A stretch of 63,959 nt of DNA, counting the filler, from Trichomonas gallinae (lineage: Eukaryota): assembly GCA_008369845.1 (NCBI GenBank). It is 9 parts of 9 records of this genome, joined end to end, with 100 filler letters (N's around TTAATTAATTAA, not from the genome) between each part and the next. Parts side by side here need not be neighbours in the genome. Positions count along the whole stretch, not along the records: positions 1 to 25,600 come from MRSU01000292.1; 8 more parts are not named here. One strand, 5' to 3'. Under the pieces are notes generated by a model, which did no database searches, was not told where the DNA came from, and saw only the letters and a program-made list of their open reading frames with translations. This document shows positions 1 to 10,055 of the stretch, piece by piece; position 1 is the first letter of the stretch; each line of letters opens with the position of its first letter. The position numbers and the translations under genes were made by a program.

Positions 1-215
1 AGTCAATCTTTGTATCATTATCTTGTTTTCATCAATGTTTGTTTCATTAAAATTGTTTTTCATCGATCTTTGTTTCTTTGGCTAGTTTTTCATCGTTCTT
101 TGTTTCTTTGGCTAGTTTTTCATCAATGTTTGTTTCATTGTCTTGTTTTTCGTCATTTGTTGTTTCGTTGATTTTCTCTTCGTTTTGTTTTTCTTTAGGA
201 TGATCATTTTCGAGC
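1..215 (-). repeat. Degenerate 30-bp tandem repeat encoding 10-aa acidic/Lys units (DEKLAKETKN / DEKQDNETNI)
   Basis: ttgtttctttggctagtttttcatc recurs at a 30-bp interval (70, 100). The minus strand translates as ...DEKQDNETNIDEKLAKETKNDEKLAKETKIDEKQF, with frameshifts near the window edge. Confidence 0.75.
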
Positions 216-726
216 TTGGGCAGAAGGGGAAATTATATACACTAATATATAGATATGTGCAAGGTTTGGGCAGATTGCGTTCGGACAAGACTGATATCGA
301 GTCGATGCACATACGAGTGATTCATATATTGATCACATTAATGTGGCCTTAAAGCATTTCTGTGCTCCAAAAATGCTTCAATTCTAGGTACGATATGATT
401 TTAGCGTTATTGGTTTGACCTCCATAGAAATATTATGAATACAAAAATAAATTCGGGTTCATGTTGTGAAATTATTAAAAACTTTGTCAGGCGTTGTTCC
501 AGTGGTGCCTGCCGTTATGGAGTCGTCTCACTGAAGTGCTCGCTAAAAATCTGATGTTTTTTCCTTTTCTATCATATAAAAACATTCGACTGCAGCTCAA
601 TTCTAATCCAACAATCATTGCATTCCATCCATAGGAGAAAATGACTTCCTCTGATATATATCCGTGTAATGTTGTAATGAAATAAATATTCGTAAAAACC
701 GGTGCAAAATGTTATAATGCATGCAT
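1..726 (-). pseudogene. Possible decayed gene ending in the 10-aa repeat
   Basis: Inr-like TCACT (732-728) precedes an ATG at 726. A TAA follows at codon 5, then an open protein-like stretch (YISEEVIFSYGWNAMIVGLELSCSRMFLYDRKGK), then further stops and frameshifts into the repeat. Family not recognised. Confidence 0.3.
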
Positions 727-783
727 AAGTGATAAAAATGAAGATAAGTTTATATTTATAAGAATTTTGTAAAATAGATTTCT

Positions 784-1344
784 CTATTGCTGCTGTGGCA
801 CTTGTCCTGATAACATTCCCATGAATCCTGAAACTGGAAGAGTGAAATCGAGCAACTTGTCAAGTGATGGTTTCAAGAAAGCGTTAACAAGGATTAAAAT
901 GAAGTTGAAACTACCTTCTGTAAGGTCATCGCTTTCAATTCCTCTGTGTGTTAACTTGCCTACCCAGCCAGCTGGTACAAATGGAAGTCTAAGGCAGACT
1001 TTGTTGGCAAAATATGATCTAGCGAAGAATGGAACGATCCAAAGGCCAATCGAAATGATGCTCTGCTTGAAAACTGTAGCTTGAGTAAGGCTATTTGAAA
1101 CTTGTTGAAGTTCTCCTTGTAATTTCTTGATTTTACGAGCATTTCTCTTTTCTGCTTCTTCATCAGCAGCCGATTCTGCTTGAAGATCTTTAAGTTGTGC
1201 ATCTTTTTGGTAATATTGTTTTTTGAGCTTCTGGATGGTATCCTTTCTATGGATTAAGTACCATGAGAGGAAGACACTTAAAAGGCAGTTGCAAAGGCTA
1301 GTTGCAGTAGCAATAAGAAAGTTAACAATGACTTCTCTGCCCAT
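784..1344 (-). CDS. TMCO1: TMCO1 / EMC3-family ER membrane protein
   Basis: N-terminal TM, a coiled coil, then LPFVPAGWVGKLTHRGIESDD..EGSFNFILIL, matching the TMCO1 pattern LPFxP..(S/T)HR...DD..CSFxFL. The ATG at 1344 is preferred over 1368. Confidence 0.85.
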   Translation of the reverse strand: MGREVIVNFLIATATSLCNCLLSVFLSWYLIHRKDTIQKLKKQYYQKDAQLKDLQAESAADEEAEKRNARKIKKLQGELQQVSNSLTQATVFKQSIISIGLWIVPFFARSYFANKVCLRLPFVPAGWVGKLTHRGIESDDLTEGSFNFILILVNAFLKPSLDKLLDFTLPVSGFMGMLSGQVPQQQ

Positions 1345-1496
1345 ATTATTATTTTTGACCGCTCTCATACTTTACATGTCATATCTGACACGTAAACTAT
1401 AATCTTATGTTACCAAGGTCTAATTATTATATGATATGATTGGGTATACTCGACATCAATATAATTTTCATCTCCTGGTCCTCGACGAAGCAAATC

Positions 1497-1600
1497 TATA
1501 TTTTTCCAAATTTCAAAAATCTCAAAATCAAGCAATTTGAAGTTAAATTTATGCTTATATGTAAAACATGTTTTAATATATTCAACTATAATAAACACAT
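1497..1600 (+). repeat. Solo copy of the 110-bp AT-rich repeat unit
   Basis: tttttccaaatttcaaaaatctcaaaatcaagcaatttgaagttaaatttatgcttatat aligns with the units at 3871, 3981 and 4091. Confidence 0.8.
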
Positions 1601-1707
1601 CAAAGCCGTTTTGTTAACTATAATATAATACACTGATAAAATAATATAAAAAAACTGATAATTACTCATGATATAGAATGAAAAATTTTACAATGACAAG
1701 ATAATAA

Positions 1708-3369
1708 TTAAGCTGTTTCCATGTGTAACATAGCTTCACTGAGCATTGCTCTAATCTTCTGGTTTCTCGCTAAATCGAATGCTGTTTTCCCATCAGATGT
1801 TGTCATCCTAACATTGAGTCTTGGACACATGATCAATGTCTTGACAATTTCTGACTGCGAATATAAAGATGCGTAATGCAAAGGCGTAGCACCAACATGG
1901 TCAGTGATATTAACATCAATTCCCTTCTTCGACAAAAGGAATTCAGCGATGCTGTTATGTCCAAACTTTGCAGCGATGTGTAAAGCTGTTGCGCCATCAC
2001 CTGATTTTGAATTAATATCGATCATTCCGGAATTTACAAGGAATTTCACTGCTTCTTCCTTTCCTGACCTAGCAGCGAAGTGCAGTGCATTCTTGCCATC
2101 TTTGCTATGACTTGCAATGTTGGATATATTCAATGAAGAAAGAAATTTCATTATTGCGAGGTATCCACTCATCGACGCATCCATAAAAGGCGTTTTCCCA
2201 TCAACAATGGCTGATGGATTCGCTCCATAGGCAATGCATTGGATACAGCCTCCCAAGTATCCAATCCTGCAGCACAAGCAAAGTGAACTGTCCAACGGCT
2301 GTTGAACATTATCGAAAATATCACTTTTCGACTGCAAAATCCAATCAAATATTTCTTTTCTTCTGAATTGTACTGCAACTTTGATTGAATCTGGCGTGAA
2401 TTTAACATTAGCATGCTCCATTATTCTTAGAATCTCAAAATTTCCACCGGCAATCGCGAAATCAAGGACTCCGCGCTTTCTTCTATCTTTGAGTTGTAAA
2501 CTTGCTTTATTTAGGTACAAAAATTTAAAGATGTTTAAAGCTCCGAAGAAAGCTGCGCATTGTATAAGTGTTATTCCGCCTTGCAGATACAAACAAGGCT
2601 CAAATGTCTGATCAATTAGAGATTTATTTGGATTCATAGATTTTTCAGCGAAAATATCAACAATAAAGTCGAGATTATCGTGTGAAATGGCGTTAATAAT
2701 CTTATTTTCATCTGTATTACCTTCAACGAGGTTGATTAGATCGTGCCATCCACTAGTTCTGAAATCTTCGAATTTATTGACGTGTTTCTTCAAGAATATG
2801 TCGAAGAAAGATCCATACTCATGGTTTTCCATGAATTTGATGAGTTTATTAAAAAGCTTCACATCGAATCTATCAATTTCACCGGCGAAGATACTTAATA
2901 TTGCGCATATTACGTTTGGTGAGCGAGATTGATACTGTACCATGTATTCTATGCGTTCAAGTATGTCGAATAACGAAATATATCTTTTCACGTAGAATTT
3001 TCTGAGAAGTAAGAATAAAGGAATCTTCAGCACGAATCTCCAGTCTCCAATTGGTCTAAATATTTCATCCAATAATGCATTTTTCAACATTATTCTTTTA
3101 GGATTAATTTCGCCGTTGCAAACCAATTCTCCAAGTAATTTCACTAAATTATCAATGTCCTTGTAGCGAACATTGATAGCAGCAAGAGATTGTTCGACAA
3201 ATGCTGCCATTAATTCAGGATTTCCTGACATGAATTTCGAATTCGCGATTTCATTAACGAGAATATCGACATCTTGTGACGTAAGATTGGTCAGCTTTGT
3301 TTCTAGATCCAAAATATCCATAATGTCGGCATTAAGAACGGGAACAAGTGAATAATCTGGATCAAACAT
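1708..3369 (-). CDS. Ankyrin-repeat protein (trichomonad expanded family)
   Basis: Repeats include GKNALHFAARSG, GATALHIAAKFGHNSIAEFLL, GATPLHYAS and GKTAFDLA. The N-terminal region carries AISHDNLD and LIQCAAFFGALNIFKFL. Confidence 0.92.
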   Translation of the reverse strand: MFDPDYSLVPVLNADIMDILDLETKLTNLTSQDVDILVNEIANSKFMSGNPELMAAFVEQSLAAINVRYKDIDNLVKLLGELVCNGEINPKRIMLKNALLDEIFRPIGDWRFVLKIPLFLLLRKFYVKRYISLFDILERIEYMVQYQSRSPNVICAILSIFAGEIDRFDVKLFNKLIKFMENHEYGSFFDIFLKKHVNKFEDFRTSGWHDLINLVEGNTDENKIINAISHDNLDFIVDIFAEKSMNPNKSLIDQTFEPCLYLQGGITLIQCAAFFGALNIFKFLYLNKASLQLKDRRKRGVLDFAIAGGNFEILRIMEHANVKFTPDSIKVAVQFRRKEIFDWILQSKSDIFDNVQQPLDSSLCLCCRIGYLGGCIQCIAYGANPSAIVDGKTPFMDASMSGYLAIMKFLSSLNISNIASHSKDGKNALHFAARSGKEEAVKFLVNSGMIDINSKSGDGATALHIAAKFGHNSIAEFLLSKKGIDVNITDHVGATPLHYASLYSQSEIVKTLIMCPRLNVRMTTSDGKTAFDLARNQKIRAMLSEAMLHMETA

Positions 3370-3855
3370 TTTTTTAATGAAAATTTGAAGGAATTTTTTG
3401 ATAGAAGATTTTCTATGTTGTCAGAAAAATTGCCACTTTTTGATTATTAACCTTATTTTGTATAAAAACAGAAAATCACAATATATATATCTAATAACAC
3501 ACGAAACCATTGGCTATTGTGGAGTGAAGTTGTATCACAAAATGAGGGAAGTAACATTTTAATTGGCAAAAATATGGCATATTTGACACGTAAAATCACT
3601 TCACCTCACTTCACTCATTTCGTGATAGGATAGTATTTTGTTTATCTAGTAGGTTAGTTCTGTTCTATCACCTACGTCAAACATTGACCTGGTGCATTTT
3701 ATGTGTCCACATCTTTGATTATATATATTGGTGTTGCAAAGAGTCTTTTCTAAATCAATTGAATAAATAAAAATGAAATATATCTGGAAGATTTCAAACT
3801 TATTTCCTGGAAAAAGTGAATTTTCTTCCAATTTTGCATCCCTACTGAAAGAACA

Positions 3856-4120
3856 ATTTGTTTAATTAATTTTTTCAAATTTCTAAAATCTAAAAATCAA
3901 ACAATTTGAAGTTATATTTATGCTTATATATAAAATCTTTTTAATAAATTTAACTATAAAGCATCATCTGTTCAATTATTTTTTTCAAATTTCAAAAATC
4001 TAAAAATCAAACAATTTGAAATAAAGTTCTTGCTTATATATAAAATCTATTTTAATATATTTAATCAAAAGAGCGATTTGCTTAATAATTTTTTTCAAAT
4101 TTCAAAAATCTCAAAATAAC
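3856..4120 (+). repeat. Tandem repeat, 110-bp period, ~2.4 copies
   Basis: tttttcaaatttc(a/t)aaaatct starts at 3871, 3981 and 4091. Confidence 0.88.
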
Positions 4121-4234
4121 TGCACAAAAATGTGATTTCCAGCAATATTATATAATATAGAAGCCACTTTTAGCAAAAACGAGGCGATGAAAAAAGCGTT
4201 TTTTTTTACATTGAGAAGATAACTGAAAAAAAAA

Positions 4235-7200
4235 ATGCGTTCATCGCGTCTTAAGCTTTACGCGATCTCGAAAAACGCCGACTCAATTCTAGCTGAATAC
4301 AAACAGATCATCGCCAATTGTCGCAAAGACAAGAAAAAATACGATGATTCGTCGTTCTATCCGAATATTCCAATTAATCCAAAAGATACTCGTCTTTTGA
4401 AAGATTGCGAATGGAAGAGACTCGAAGAAGTCTATGGTAATAACGTTTACGACAATATAGATGAATACGGGCTTTGCCAAGGTGAGTTATCAGATTGCTA
4501 TCTTATTTCTGTATTAATTCACATGACAAAGAAAGAATCCAATGTACGCGACATGTTCCAGGAGCCACTCGATATCTCAACAGGCTGTGTTTGCGTCAAA
4601 TTCCAAATCTTCGAAAAACCCGCATATGTAATTATCGATACAAAAGTTCCATTCAGGGATGAAACACCAGTATTTGCAAGACCACGCACAGAAAGTGACT
4701 CATACTGGTTCGCACTCATCGAAAAAGCATACATCAAATTTATGGGAACCTGCAGAGACATCAAAGGCGGTGCAGCTATCAATGCTTGCTACCACATACT
4801 CGGATACAACCCAATGACAATCAAATTAGCCGAATTAAAGACTTCACCTTCAGAACATATCCAATCATTACTCGATTTGAACTGCGATGTTTACGCCTCG
4901 ATCGACAAGAACGAGGAAGCCGTAAAACTCGGTCTTATTGAAGACCACACGTACGCAGTATTCGGATTAAATTCTCCTGGCGGCAAACAGATCATCCATC
5001 TTCGCAATCCACACGGCAAAATGGATGAGTGGAGTGGTGATTTCTCAGCCATGTCCGAAAAATGGGAAATCGGCTACAAGAAGCAGGTCGGATACAAAGA
5101 AGGCGGCCACTTCTGGATAACAGACGGCGATTTCAACACACATTTTGCGTCCATTTCAGCTGGCAAGCCACTGCTCAAAGGCTGGTTCCAGCAGACCTGC
5201 GAGCTCGACATCGAACCAGGCGTCCTCGACGGCCGCACACCATTCGGAAACGGCCCATTCGTCGGCTCCCTCAAACAGTTTTTAGTTACATTTTCTGAGC
5301 CGTGCAAAGTCGAAGTTTTGTTCGAAGAAGTTTGCGAGAGCCACCACTCACACGTCCTCTTCATGCAGCAGAACGAAGGTGTGAAACTCTCAGCTGCTGG
5401 CGATGATTATTTCACTATCAAGTCCAGCGACGAAACAATTTCTGAAATCTGGGACGTCAAAGACGTCACATCTCCATACACGCTCGTCATATCCAGGGAG
5501 CACGCTAAGGACAAGCCAGCGCACTACTACGTCAGGATGAGAGCACCAGTTAGGTTCACAATCGAGCCAATCGACGATCCAGACTACTCGAAGATGAAGA
5601 CTGACAAAATCACAGCAAAACTTGTTCCAGGAGAAACTGACGGACGCTATCCTGGCAAAGGAAAGAACGTGTCCGCATCAACACAGTGGGTCTTGCCGCT
5701 CAAGAAGCCAACGAAGCTCTACATGAGAGCGAAGAAGCCGCAGACTGGCCAGAAGGTCACCGTTTTCCTCGGTCACGCGATGAAGGACGGAAAAGTCAGC
5801 CGCAAGCTTAGGGACTATTTTATAGTCAACAAAAAGATGCACCAGAAGTCTGAGCTCGAAGAGTGGGTCTGGAAAGTCACAGACTTGAGAAGGCCACTCG
5901 TTCTCGGCGTATGCAGAGACATGATGAACCAGGCTTGTGACGTCGACGTCGAAGTCTTCTGCGAGGACCAGGAGATCAAGCTCACGAAGTTCCCAGAATA
6001 CGACGACCTTCACGAGAAGTTCTCGGAGACAATCGAAGGAACTCTCAAGAAGGGATGGACAGAGAACAGGTCTCCATACGGAACAATCGAAGGCTTGTCA
6101 CCACTCCAGCAGTTCAAGCTGACTGTCAACGACAACAAGCGCATGTACTTCATTTTCACGCATGACGGATCCTCGAAGCACAGAATTGCCCTGCAGAAGA
6201 CATATCATCCGATCGACCACTTCGGACGCGGCGAAGACGAGTACTTCGAGACAAGCATGAAGTACGAGAGATTCTACTTCGATCCGACTCCAGGAACATG
6301 GCATCTATGCGTCCACAGAGAAAGAGCCAAAGACAAGAAGGAGTCGCACTGGAAGCTCGAAATCCACTGCGAGACAGAATTCAAGATCGAAAAGGTTCCA
6401 CTTCCTGACTACGACAACCTTTACTTGGAGAGAGTAACAATCACACTCGGACCGGGCAGAGCAATCGGCGGCGCAGACGGAGTCATGCCATTCAAGCAGG
6501 ACCTCACGCCTCTTCCACAGTGGCGCGTTTTGTCTCCAGTCGCACAAAAGATCCACTGCATCTGCAAGCGCAAGAAAGGACCAGATATCTCGACAGCTGT
6601 CTTCATGCAGTCTAACGGCGGCCAGAAGTCCAAGTGCTCTTACCAGGACGTCCCAGAGTGCTACTACAAGCTCAAGGCTAACTCAAGAGGCGAAGCCTTC
6701 GACTTCGACGTCCCGAAGATGGATCTTCCATGGTCACTCACTTTGACTCGCGCGCAGAAGCACAGCTCGTTCACTAAGATACAGTTCGAGATGTACACGG
6801 AGTACCCGATCAAGGTCACGAGAATCGACGACGGCATTGACGAAGATGCAGAAGATACATCTGACTCCGACTCATCGTCGAACGACACAAAGTCGAAGAT
6901 CTTCGATCACAACAAGCACATGTCAGAAGGCGACGATGACAGGAAGAGAGAGAACTTCGTCGAGGGCTACAGGGAATCCAAGGATTACCCAGTCAAGGAC
7001 TACTGGGATGACAGATCATTCATCAAGCAGCAGCGCAACGAAGTCAACAAGCAGAAGCCACCGCGCGAGGAAGGCGAAGAAGATGACCCAGAGTACACAA
7101 TGGTTGAATACCTCGACGAGCAATACAAGGACAGACAAGAGCAGGAGAAGAAGTGGGGAACAGCATTCGTCCAGACTAAAGAGAAGAAGCCATTATCGTT

Positions 7201-8536
7201 GATGGCGACAATCAAAGACGAATGCGAAGTTTCTGAGTCAAACGTTCCAACAGCTCCACAGTATATCATTAACATTTCAGCGCCAGGCACCTTAGTCATC
7301 GACACAAGCGTCGACAGTTACGACAGCAACATCACGGCCTTTGTTACTCCAACAATTAAGAAGAACAGAGTCGGATTCGCCAGGTGGACGAAGACAATTA
7401 CAGAAAACGACAAACAGTTCAAAGTCGAGATCGTCGACGACACTACACCGTTCGCATTGGGCTTCTTCGCTGCCCCAGGCAAGCACGCTAAGGTCAAGTT
7501 CTCTGTTTCACTCGATAACTACGTCGAGAAGGACGACGAGAAGCAGCCAGCCTTCATCAAGCAGTACAAAGATCCAATCAAAGTCAAGAAGGAGCCAATC
7601 AGCCCAGAGGTGAGAATCTACGGCGAGCTCAAACTCGAGAAAGCTGACGCGTTCGACACTATCCCACACAAGGAGCTCAAAGGCGAGTTGACGAAAGACG
7701 ACGAAAACAGAAACTGCTTCGGAAGTGACAACGGTTTGACACCTTTGCAACAGATTCAACTCCAATTCTCAAAGCCAGCTGAAGTCATCATGAAGCTCGA
7801 TCACGAAGGATCCTCCAAGTTCTTCATCGCCTTGCAGAAGAAAGTCGGCAGAATCGCTCACTTCGTCACCAATCTTGAAGACAAATACTTCGAGACAACT
7901 GAGAAAAGTGATGCCTTCGCTTACAGATTTTCACGCGGCAGCTGGACTCTCTGCGTTTTCTCACCAGAGAACTCATCGAAGACTGAATACGACCTCAAGG
8001 TCTGCTCATACGAGAAATTCGAATTTGAAGAGCTCCAAAGGATGAAGACAGACGAACTCAAGAAGGCAGAGATTGAAGCGAAAATCGATACATTCATGCC
8101 GATCTTCAGATCCAAGCTGATTGAGCTCCAGCAGTGGCACATCACTTCTCCATCGAAGCAGCAGGCCAAGATCGTCCTCAAGAGGAAGAGCGGACCGCCA
8201 TGCACAGTCATCTTCTTCATACAAGATTTTGAGGGCAGAAAGATCATGGCTTCGCTCAGAGGAATTCCTGAGAAAAAGTTCACTCTCGTTGAAAACGCTA
8301 AAGATGAAGTTTTCGACTTCGAATTCACGCGCGCAGGACCAGTAACATGTCTCTTCACTAGACTACCTAAGAAAGGAGCCCAGGAAGGCGAAGATGATGA
8401 AGAATCACAAGTCGAAGCAGAGATTTACACGAAAGATGGAGTTTTGATTTCCTCATTCGAAGGTGATGAATATACAAATGATATGAAGGCTAGAGACAAG
8501 AAATTCATTGATGAATTCAAGAAACAAGCCAAATAA
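4235..8536 (+). CDS. Calpain-family cysteine protease (peptidase C2) with multiple C-terminal repeats
   Basis: Catalytic triad motifs QGELSDCYL (Cys), EDHTYAV (His) and LRNPHG (Asn). Also VIIDTKVP, YWFALIEKAYIK, EWSGDFS and GHFWI. Confidence 0.92.
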   Translation: MRSSRLKLYAISKNADSILAEYKQIIANCRKDKKKYDDSSFYPNIPINPKDTRLLKDCEWKRLEEVYGNNVYDNIDEYGLCQGELSDCYLISVLIHMTKKESNVRDMFQEPLDISTGCVCVKFQIFEKPAYVIIDTKVPFRDETPVFARPRTESDSYWFALIEKAYIKFMGTCRDIKGGAAINACYHILGYNPMTIKLAELKTSPSEHIQSLLDLNCDVYASIDKNEEAVKLGLIEDHTYAVFGLNSPGGKQIIHLRNPHGKMDEWSGDFSAMSEKWEIGYKKQVGYKEGGHFWITDGDFNTHFASISAGKPLLKGWFQQTCELDIEPGVLDGRTPFGNGPFVGSLKQFLVTFSEPCKVEVLFEEVCESHHSHVLFMQQNEGVKLSAAGDDYFTIKSSDETISEIWDVKDVTSPYTLVISREHAKDKPAHYYVRMRAPVRFTIEPIDDPDYSKMKTDKITAKLVPGETDGRYPGKGKNVSASTQWVLPLKKPTKLYMRAKKPQTGQKVTVFLGHAMKDGKVSRKLRDYFIVNKKMHQKSELEEWVWKVTDLRRPLVLGVCRDMMNQACDVDVEVFCEDQEIKLTKFPEYDDLHEKFSETIEGTLKKGWTENRSPYGTIEGLSPLQQFKLTVNDNKRMYFIFTHDGSSKHRIALQKTYHPIDHFGRGEDEYFETSMKYERFYFDPTPGTWHLCVHRERAKDKKESHWKLEIHCETEFKIEKVPLPDYDNLYLERVTITLGPGRAIGGADGVMPFKQDLTPLPQWRVLSPVAQKIHCICKRKKGPDISTAVFMQSNGGQKSKCSYQDVPECYYKLKANSRGEAFDFDVPKMDLPWSLTLTRAQKHSSFTKIQFEMYTEYPIKVTRIDDGIDEDAEDTSDSDSSSNDTKSKIFDHNKHMSEGDDDRKRENFVEGYRESKDYPVKDYWDDRSFIKQQRNEVNKQKPPREEGEEDDPEYTMVEYLDEQYKDRQEQEKKWGTAFVQTKEKKPLSLMATIKDECEVSESNVPTAPQYIINISAPGTLVIDTSVDSYDSNITAFVTPTIKKNRVGFARWTKTITENDKQFKVEIVDDTTPFALGFFAAPGKHAKVKFSVSLDNYVEKDDEKQPAFIKQYKDPIKVKKEPISPEVRIYGELKLEKADAFDTIPHKELKGELTKDDENRNCFGSDNGLTPLQQIQLQFSKPAEVIMKLDHEGSSKFFIALQKKVGRIAHFVTNLEDKYFETTEKSDAFAYRFSRGSWTLCVFSPENSSKTEYDLKVCSYEKFEFEELQRMKTDELKKAEIEAKIDTFMPIFRSKLIELQQWHITSPSKQQAKIVLKRKSGPPCTVIFFIQDFEGRKIMASLRGIPEKKFTLVENAKDEVFDFEFTRAGPVTCLFTRLPKKGAQEGEDDEESQVEAEIYTKDGVLISSFEGDEYTNDMKARDKKFIDEFKKQAK

Positions 8537-8772
8537 TATTGATTTATTTTAATAAAAGTATTGATAATGTTGATTTCAAAACTTTGACAGTATTTTATAG
8601 CATATCACAGTATTATTACTAGCAAATAAGCAACTGTTGAACAATATCTTTAATATCTCAAAATTGTTCGCTTAAAATCGAACTTTTTGGGGAAATTTGG
8701 AATCTTTAAGATGTGTAGGTTTCAGATCTGCATAAATATTTTTGAGACATTAAAATTTAAATTTTATAAAAA

Positions 8773-9645
8773 ATGAATTTAATCGCGTTTTTGTTTATAG
8801 ATATACTAGTTTTGGGCCTGCTGGCTTTCTTCTGCCTCAGCCAGGTGCAAGCTATAAGGGAAATTAGAAGCTATATCATTGAGATTTTGTCGATAAATCT
8901 CAGTAAATCAAATAAAACGACTCCTTTATCAACTGGAATAGTATCAAGCCTATTACAAAAAGCTAAATACGAACAAACTGATAAATTTAACGCAATTTCT
9001 TCTTCAGCAATCGCAGAAACAATCAGAGAAGAGCCTACAGCCACAACAAGCAGCTTAAACTTCAAGTCAAATCTCGCAAATGATATAAAGAACAAATATA
9101 AAGTTGCAAACAAAACTCCAGACAATATTCAAGAAAATATTTCTCCATTAAATAATTTAATACTTAATAAACGCGAGAAATGCAAACCAGCATATAACAT
9201 AAATACAACAAAGCCGAAGGTTGAAGCATTTAAGCCAAATAAGACTGAAGAAAAGGAAGGAAATGCTTCTAATTCAGCAGATGACTCGAAGGGTAAATCT
9301 GGCCTCGGTAGTTCAATAGGCGGTGCTAAACCTGCTGCTTCTCCACTAGGTGCTAACAAACCTGCTGGAACTCCACTTGGTGGTGCTGTTAAACCTGCTG
9401 GAACTGGTGCTACTCAATTTGGAGGTGCTGGAATTGGTACTGCTAAACCTGCTGGAGCTGCTGCTCCATTTGGTGCTAACAAACCTGCTGGAACTGGTGC
9501 TTCTGCATTTGGAGGTGCTGGAATTGGTGCTAACAAACCTGCTGGAACTGCTGCTTCTCCATTTGGTGCCGGCAAGTCTGCTACAAATCCAAGCAATCCA
9601 TTAGGTGCTAAACCTAATACGGTTTCTCCATTTGGCAAGAAATAA
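8773..9645 (+). CDS. N-terminally anchored protein with C-terminal FG/G-A-K-P repeats (candidate transmembrane FG nucleoporin)
   Basis: Residues 1-25 are hydrophobic and the middle is basic and low-complexity. The tail has TQFGG, APFG, SAFGG, SPFG and SPFG separated by KPAG units. The ORF is solid; the function is inferred. Confidence 0.55.
   Translation: MNLIAFLFIDILVLGLLAFFCLSQVQAIREIRSYIIEILSINLSKSNKTTPLSTGIVSSLLQKAKYEQTDKFNAISSSAIAETIREEPTATTSSLNFKSNLANDIKNKYKVANKTPDNIQENISPLNNLILNKREKCKPAYNINTTKPKVEAFKPNKTEEKEGNASNSADDSKGKSGLGSSIGGAKPAASPLGANKPAGTPLGGAVKPAGTGATQFGGAGIGTAKPAGAAAPFGANKPAGTGASAFGGAGIGANKPAGTAASPFGAGKSATNPSNPLGAKPNTVSPFGKK
9325..9570 (+). repeat. Coding tandem repeat (aaacctgctggaact units; 90-bp higher-order duplication)
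   Basis: 9391-9480 and 9481-9570 are near-identical. Confidence 0.85.
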
Positions 9646-10055
9646 GATAAATATTTTGTGCATATTATGATAAAGATATAGAATTAAAACAAAATTAATG
9701 TAAAGATTTTAAAATTTTTCTTCTCCAGAAGTTCATAATAGAAATCCTTTATTCCCCTTTTAATCAACAGTTTACAGCATCTCATTTATACCAATTTTAA
9801 TAACAATGTTAAAATTTTTTCCAAATTTTTGCTAATTTCAATCAAACTCAAAATATAATGCGGATATAGCAAAAGCATATGACATGGCATCATATATTAA
9901 ACTAAAAAACAAAAATCGGATATAATGTATCATATTGTTATCAAATACAAAATTATGTTGTTTTAACAGTATCACATAAGACTAAAGAGAAAGAGGAATA
10001 AAAAGTTTTGCTATAAAATTTCCAGTTTAATAAATTTTTGCTATAATAAGAAAAT

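Noticed and set aside
390..660. Structured ncRNA (pairing of ttttagcg with cgctaaaa, a caggc/gcctg hairpin, CTGA boxes)
   Set aside because: No convincing box C, SRP, snRNA or RNase P/MRP consensus; a decayed coding sequence explains the GC content at least as well.
944..955. Trichomonad intron 3' motif look-alike (GTTAACACACAG, minus strand) in TMCO1
   Set aside because: It mismatches the RCTAAC branch site and encodes the conserved LTHRG segment in an open frame.
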